The notes under the pieces are model-generated. The model saw only the letters and a program-made list of their open reading frames with translations, was not told the DNA's origin and ran no database searches. A program made the position numbers and the translations under genes. DNA of 64,000 nucleotides from Nemertoderma westbladi (Eukaryota > Animalia > Xenacoelomorpha), in NCBI GenBank assembly GCA_032718475.1, contig JAUCBJ010002273.1, positions 62,001 to 126,000 of the forward strand. The letters run 5' to 3'. Positions 63,042-64,000 of this stretch are shown here, in pieces (the first letter of the stretch is position 1; each line of letters begins with the position of its first letter).

Positions 63042-64000
63042 GCAGCAGCTTGGCGGGTCGTATCTAGTAGGTCATGGATTATCTATATCAGCTGAACTAG
63101 CTCTAACTTATTGAGTTTGCCTACAATAGTATTCTCCTAGAGATTAGCTGTTAATTTCGCTTTACTTTTCCAAGTACTTTATACTTACAAACTTACCTCA
63201 ATAATGATTAAAATATCTCACTGAATTTTTACAGACTTTAAGAAATTTCTATGTACCAGCACACTCTATAATGATATACTGTAGAGATAAACATTCACTA
63301 CTTTGATTTAATCCAATCTGATACTTTGACTGAACTGCCCGACATAATATATTTTATTCACCTACTGTAGACATATAGACTCATGACTATTTTGCACATC
63401 TGTCACATCTCAGTCTGTATGAGTCATAGCCAACAACTACTTTGTTCATATTCACATGGTGTGCCTCAATAAAATTCTAATTATGTTATAATATAAATTT
63501 TACGGCGCAAGTATATGAGCTAATGTTGATCTACTTGGTCGAAATCCGTTATGGATAGTTACGCCGTTAGGCCTTATGCCGCAACCTAACTAAAATTATG
63601 TCCTCTTTCAGATGAGACAAATAAAAATGTAATAGCTCCAGTTGTTTTCGAGATATGAGATGTTCCTGGCACCCATCCATACAATTTCAGAACTTTCGGA
63701 ATTGATTGTAACGATTTGTATCGTGATCAGCGACCTTGAAAAACAGTGTAGCATCAGAAATATCAAACCTAAGGCAAAATTTTCATGACAGTTTCGAATT
63801 TTTTTTGCTACTTGTACGTTTCGTTGTGGAGGACCAAAATAGCACAAAAAATGATGACCTTATGCGACCATTGGTGACTGATGGAATATAGTTATACTAC
63901 ATCGTCTATTCAATACGTTATCCCCAACGTAGTTGAGATGACAACAACCGTTGGCAATAATTATTATACCATCTTAAAACTTCAATCCTTTTCAATCCAA

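Noticed and set aside
25705-63847. Remaining small ORFs (60-96 aa) in the AT-rich intervals
   Set aside because: No recognisable domains, and several overlap non-coding transposon sequence; isolated host exons cannot be excluded without RNA data.

Overview
Repeat-dominated animal (probably invertebrate) nuclear DNA with no recognisable host gene. From left to right: (1) a BEL/Pao LTR retrotransposon on the minus strand whose gag-pol frame I read by hand as stop-free from ATG 7452 to the window edge (>=2484 codons, absent from the ORF track because it has no stop in the window), with a ~2 kb leader and a probable 5' LTR ending at 10798; (2) an abutting 4.7 kb array of a 21-bp palindrome-containing repeat with ~1.05 kb higher-order structure, which generates the spurious 1583/1585 aa ORFs; (3) a modular 50/21-bp minisatellite split by a near full-length, probably disabled CR1-type LINE (19949-24315); (4) a patchwork of non-autonomous DNA elements, including a 1039-bp foldback element with ~350-bp inverted repeats and a perfect 8-bp target duplication; (5) a 29.5 kb homogeneous 40-bp satellite (33068-62533) with dyad symmetry, edge-specific variants and signs of assembly collapse. 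I see no clear new protein-coding system. The best leads are possible tandem-repeat targeting by both young retroelements, the unusually long BEL polyprotein, a candidate -1 frameshift site linking LINE ORF1 and ORF2, and the architecture and possible transposon-end origin of the 40-bp satellite. All translations and alignments were done by eye.
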